Source of the DNA: Dicyema japonicum
Taxonomy: Eukaryota > Animalia > Dicyemida
Assembly: GCA_011109175.1 (NCBI GenBank)
Contig: RDEW01000016.1
Location: 737,592-800,195 of the forward strand
Direction: 5' to 3'
Length of the DNA: 62,604 nucleotides
A program made the position numbers and the translations under genes. Position 1 is the stretch's first letter. The number at the start of each line of letters is the position of its first letter. Shown here in pieces: positions 57,610 to 62,604 of this stretch. Under the pieces are notes generated by a model. The model worked only from the letters and a program-made list of their open reading frames with translations. It had not been told where the DNA came from and made no database searches.

Positions 57610-58270
57610 ATTGTAATAATAATAATAACACGAGACCAAGCTAACTAATCACGTGATCTCAGCTCGCTCATCTTGGCCTGATGCTTTTCCCTTTTCCCCA
57701 TACAAGCCGTGATTTTTTTAGTCTTTATCCGGCTAGCCTCGACAGAGTAGAATGCGTTGTGGAAATCTACAAAGCAAAGAACAGTCTTCATGTGTCCCGG
57801 CCATCGCAAACTATATCGTATAAAGTCAATGCAAATAAGTGGGTCGAAGAGACCTCTCCAGTTTAAAACCATGTTGAAATAACAAGTCCAGGAGGAAATT
57901 GTGGTTTTCGCAGAACCAGCCATTCTAGAATTTTCGACAACGAACACAATAACGCGACCGGTCTGTATAAAGCTAAAGTCCTTCTTCACTTTACCGGGTT
58001 TCAATATTGGCCGTATGTGGGCAAGCTGGAATATAATTTTTGTTATGTAGTGGTTAAAAATTTTCGTTAATGCAGCGATTCCATTGTCTCACAGATTCTT
58101 TGGAGGATCATCGGGATCTTATCCGATCCGTTAAAATAGGTTGTTTTAATGCCTTTCAATGCATATCTCACATCGTCTTCAGTAACGTGAATCGCATCCG
58201 GTTTACTGAGATATTTCGCGTTTACATCCGACTTCTTATTCTCCTTATGGGATATTTTCACATAGTATTT
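57610..58270 (-). mobile_element. Decayed LINE fragments with 3' hairpin
   Basis: GSDKIP; VDFHNAFYSV; ACMGKREKHQ; hairpin GAGATCA/TGGTCTC; TTA tail. Confidence 0.7.
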
Positions 58271-58874
58271 TATTAGATAATTTTAGTCATGTTAAAAAAT
58301 AAAAAATGTCTAATCTATATTTTTAAATCGTGGTTTCGAAACTTTATTGTTTTATCTTATCCGTAGTTGGTGCTGACATCTCTAATTTTTTGGTTGAAGT
58401 GGTGACGACATCTCTATTGAAAAATGTCTGAAACGCACTGAAAATAACATCTTTCAATGTAAGAGAGATCAACAAGGAGTGGAAAAGAAACCTGTTATGT
58501 TTGGATCTGGGGAGATTTGGTGCAAATGTGAGATTACTACAAGAGAAAAAAGTACAGGCTGGAATAGACGAGCTACATGGAAACTATAGACTCATTTTAC
58601 TACCATCGTAATCAAGACATTATGGACAGATATTTGCCGTGCACAAGAAACTTATTCGTGGGATACGTCAGAGTTGGAGTGTTAACGACATAATCAGCAT
58701 ACTGCAAATACAATTTGCGGTTAAACGTATCATTCTCATCAGAGAACAAGACTTTGCATAAGGCTGAATTTGTTAAACCGCCTAATGTCATTACAAATAC
58801 GATCCCAAGGATATATTTATATATACGGATGAACTACTGAAACCCGATCATTCAGAGAACAAGACTATATTAAT

Positions 58875-61340
58875 TATTATTATTATTTATTTATTTTTAT
58901 TTAATAACCCCGAAAAGGGAACACCAAGAAAGAAGGAGTAATCCAACTAATTAAGTGATCCCGGTACGCCTCAACAAGATCGAGAGGTTTTTCCTGTGTT
59001 CCTCCAGAGTACCCACGGCTTTCCTGAAGAAACGACGATCATCTTTCATTAGGGTTTGAAGAGGAGTGGGGTTTTCCCCCAAATTTCGTGTATTTGAAGC
59101 CTTTAGCCTTGAATGGAAGAAACGACTTGTTTCTTAGCCACACAGACAGATGAAGCCGGAGCCATTATTTTTGATTGCGGCGTGGTCAAGCATTGGAGGG
59201 AAAAGATCGGGGGGTAGATTTGTTTGACGTGCTAGTTTTCCAATTAGGGTATTGATCTTGAATGAATTTGATATCGAAGCTCCATAGGCCCATGAGGCAC
59301 AGGCGTACTCAATCGTCGGTTTTAGGAGTTGATTGAACTCGACGAGGGCGCATTCCTGTGAAGGTTTGGACTTCAAGAGCGGTTTGATAATATTAAGTTT
59401 CCTGAGACCCTTTGTCATAACGTTNTGAATTTGATATCGAAGCTCCATAGGCCCATGAGGCACAGGCGTACTCAATCGTCGGTTTTAGGAGTTGATTGAA
59501 CTCGACGAGGGCGCATTCCTGTGAAGGTTTGGACTTCAAGAGCGGTTTGATAATATTAAGTTTCCTGAGACCCTTTGTCATAACGTTTTTCACATGTTGA
59601 GAAAATGACATCAAAGGGTCAAATGTCACTCCCAGGATAGTTGGACGAGTCTGTAGTGGTAAGGAGTCTCCAAAAATGTTCAAATCAAGTGTATGTTTTT
59701 CTTTTCTGTCCGTGGTGAAAATTGTATATGTTGATTTGTCCCTGGATACGGAGAGACGATTCAACTTCAACCAGGCTCCCAGGTCGTCAATATGTGACTG
59801 AAGCTCTGATTTTGCTGTACCCACGTATTTGTTCCTGCTAGCAATGATTAGGTCGTCAGCATAAGTGAGAAGCATTGAATCTGGTCCTCCAGGGCAGGGT
59901 AAATCGTTGAGGAACAAGTTGAATAATGCCGGAGAAAGGGGCGATCCTTGAGGGACGCCATTTGGTAGGAGACGGGACCTCGATCTGGCGTGGCCTATAC
60001 AGACACGTCCTCTTCTTCCGATGAGAAAATTGGCTATCCATCTTTTCAAATCCGTCTGAATGGTGGTGTCAAAAACCTTCTTCGTGAGTAATATTCTCGA
60101 GACAGAATCGAACCCCTTCTGGATATCCAGGGAAACCATTATTGTCCGTAGATGGCGTTTCGGTACGTTGAACCCTTCTGATATAAATTGAGACAGTGAA
60201 GTCAAATGTGTCGTAGTTGAACGCTCACATTTGAAACCATGTTGAAAGTGGCAGTCGGGCAAATGGGGTTTAATTTTCCAGAGTACGAGTTTCTCCATTA
60301 GGCGCGATAATGCGCACGTTAATGAAATTGGACGGTAGGAAGAAGGTAAGGTTTTCGGTTTTCCTGGTTTTAGTACGGGTATTATAAGTGAGTTTTTCCA
60401 TTTGCATGGGATGACGTTCATGTTAGAAGACAAATTAAAAATTGACGTAATTGATTTGATTGCAGCATTACCAAGGTGTTTTAACAAAATTCCCGGGATG
60501 CCGTCAGGTCCACACGTAAAAGATCTCTTCATCGATCTTATAGCCTGTGTGACCTCGGCATGCGTAAACAGATTGATCCATGAAGTTGGTTTAGGCACTA
60601 AATTCCGAAAGTGACAAGAATGGGATTTCGAGAAGTCCTTGTGGCTTATGGATGCGTAATATTTCATTAGGTTGTTAACTTGCACAGTATTTGGAGCAGA
60701 AAAAGATTCTGATTCATCTGATAAGTTTAGCTTGATTCGACGAATAGTTTTCCATAAAAGACTCGTGGATTTCATATGTCCAATAGATGATAATAGGCGC
60801 TTCCACGCCCTATCTTTCTTTTCTCTGATGAGCTTTGTAATTCTCTGATTTAAGCATTTTATATTTTGCAAATCAGAAGAGGTTTGCAGATGATTCATCT
60901 TCAGGGAGTTTCTTTGTTTGATGAGGAGACGAGTCTCCGAGTCCAGAGTAGGCTTGTAGGATTTATATACTGCACGTGGTACAAACAACTTTTCAGCTTG
61001 AAGGATTACATGGTTTAGATGGTCCACTGCTTTGTCGATGGAGCAAAATGAGGTGGGATCAATGTGTATTAGGTTATTGTCAATGAAGAGCTTGAAATTC
61101 GACCAGTCAGCTTTCTTGTAGACCTTGAAGGTTGCTTTAATTCTACGCGAGTTATTGAATCGGCTCAGTTTTAATATAATCGGATTATGATCACTATAAA
61201 AATCGTAGGAGACGTTCCATGAAATCTTCGGGGCAATCCTAGAGGAAGCAATGGATATGTCGGGGGAGGTTGGGTTGTCATTTCTTCGGATAGGTGTCCT
61301 TGTGAACACATTCGGGTGATTCAGATTCACCATTTTTTCG
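58875..61340 (-). mobile_element. Ingi/Vingi-like LINE (family C): APE C-terminus and complete RT, long open frame
   Basis: ORF 59393..61333 (646 aa): SDHNPI, GPDGIP, SYRPISL, QHGFK, DIQKGFDSV, GVPQGSPLSP, TYADD. It continues to RTGIT* once the duplication at the n (59425) is removed, with one in-frame stop at 59134. Hairpin at 58917-58962. Confidence 0.95.
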
Positions 61341-61364
61341 AGAGAGTCGATAATTAAATATTAA

Positions 61365-61945
61365 ATTAAATTATTAACCCCGGCTTCGCCAGCAAGTGGG
61401 AAGCCGGCGACCATCAGAGAGAGTGCAGTCCGGACAGGCCGCTCCCAGAGATCCTCGACTTTTGCATCCGGTGGTCCAGGGAGGGAAAAAGGTCCCGAAC
61501 TACTCTGCCAGCCAGAAAAGGGTGGTGTCCACATCGTAGGCGAGCCAGTCCGATTCTGATCTTCCTCGGGAGCGATTGTTCCGTTGGACTGATATCAGGG
61601 GGGAAGCGCTCCAAGACTTTGTTATATTTAAGTGTCCTAATGGCCCGTGTTGAGATGAAATCATGGATTCATCTCAACACGGACAAGGCTCTTCGACAAG
61701 GCTCTTTGTAGGTCAAAGAGGGTCCTGCGTATGTATCTGCGGTTATTGTTAGTTAGCAGAGCGTGAACTGGGTGATTCGGGTCGAACGACTGCCGTAGGA
61801 ATTGTAAATTACGCATTTCCAGGTGGTCATAGAGAGGGAGGATTTTCGACTCCCAATGTAAATGGTCGGTGGGGGTTGACTTTAAGCAGCCAGTTATTAT
61901 TCTCAGCGCCGAGTTTTGCACTTTCTGCAGTTCTTGAAAAAGACA
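61365..61945 (-). mobile_element. Ingi/Vingi-like LINE 3' fragment with a different terminal hairpin
   Basis: LQKVQNSALRIITGC...DHLHWESKILP; LARLRCGHH; hairpin CCGGCTTC/GAAGCCGG (61380-61407) followed by GGTTAATAAT. Confidence 0.85.
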
Positions 61946-62079
61946 AAAATAAACAATTTGTTCTAACACACACTTGAGTCCGAAATTAACTCTATATCTT
62001 TTTCTAATAGACAATTAACACCTAGAAGTCTTTTAGTCTCCATAGTCTTATCCCTCATCATTTTATCCATATTTTTCTG

Positions 62080-62604
62080 CGAGTTTAATATTATAATGAA
62101 AATCAAAGATTAGAACCTACACAAATTTTAGTCCCAAATTTTTTTATACCTTTGTATTGTTATCCAAAATTCCCAGCGAGTTAATTCATATATTAAAAAT
62201 CAACAATTAGAACCGACACAAATTTTAGTCTTAAATTCTTTTTATATTTTTGTATTGTTATCCAAAATTACCAGCGAGTTAATTCATATATTGAAAATGA
62301 ACAAAAGTTTTATACCTTTGTATTGTTATCCAAAATTCTTAGCGTGTTAATTCATATATTGAAAATGAAGAAATAGTTTTATACCTTTGTATTGTGATCT
62401 ATAATTCCCTACGAGTTAATTCATACAATGAAAATCAAGAATTAGTACCCTCACTTATTTTAGTCTCAAATTCTTTTTATATCTTGGTATTGTAATCCAA
62501 AATTCCCAGTCAGTTAATTCATATATTGAAAATCAACAATTAAACCTACACAAATTTTAGTCTAAAATTCTTTTTATACCTTTGTATTGTGATCCAAAAT
62601 TCCC
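62080..62604. repeat. AT-rich satellite with 98-bp and 68/69-bp unit variants (runs off the window)
   Basis: The anchor (G/C)AGTTAATTCAT or a close variant occurs at 62080, 62178, 62276, 62344, 62413 and 62511, giving spacings of 98, 98, 68, 69 and 98. Confidence 0.92.

Noticed and set aside
59266-59584. ~159-bp exact tandem duplication around a single n (59425)
   Set aside because: Contig-join artefact; collapsing it restores the reading frame.
62080-62604. CRISPR-like periodicity
   Set aside because: Whole units are repeated with no unique spacers, there are no cas genes, and the context is eukaryotic.

Overview
Eukaryotic, AT-rich, animal-like nuclear DNA. Host genes are broken by ultra-short (about 21-27 nt) GT-AG introns, which fits a highly reduced parasite such as a dicyemid mesozoan; this is an inference and other lineages are not excluded. 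Eight compact host genes are supported: POMP/UMP1-like, pelota, a divergent proteasome beta subunit, TIM22, an LRR+EF-hand protein, aralar/citrin (SLC25A12/13), synaptotagmin and STT3. They sit as islands in a dense, nested matrix of transposon debris: Ingi/Vingi-like (I group) LINEs, RTE, CRE-clade and R4-like RLE retrotransposons, a tRNA-derived SINE (4 copies), hAT, pogo/Tigger, a Ginger-like element, and MULE and hAT MITEs. A satellite begins at the right edge. No rRNA, bona fide tRNA or CRISPR array was seen. Main leads: (1) an HDV-ribozyme-like nested pseudoknot followed by a 2A-like peptide at LINE 5' ends; (2) a 3' hairpin shared by many LINE families, with wobble and compensatory changes, whose left arm encodes the C-terminal G-I-T-stop; (3) DNA transposons carrying host-style mini-introns; (4) R4-like fragments resembling microsporidian elements. 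Boundaries of decayed TE fragments are approximate.
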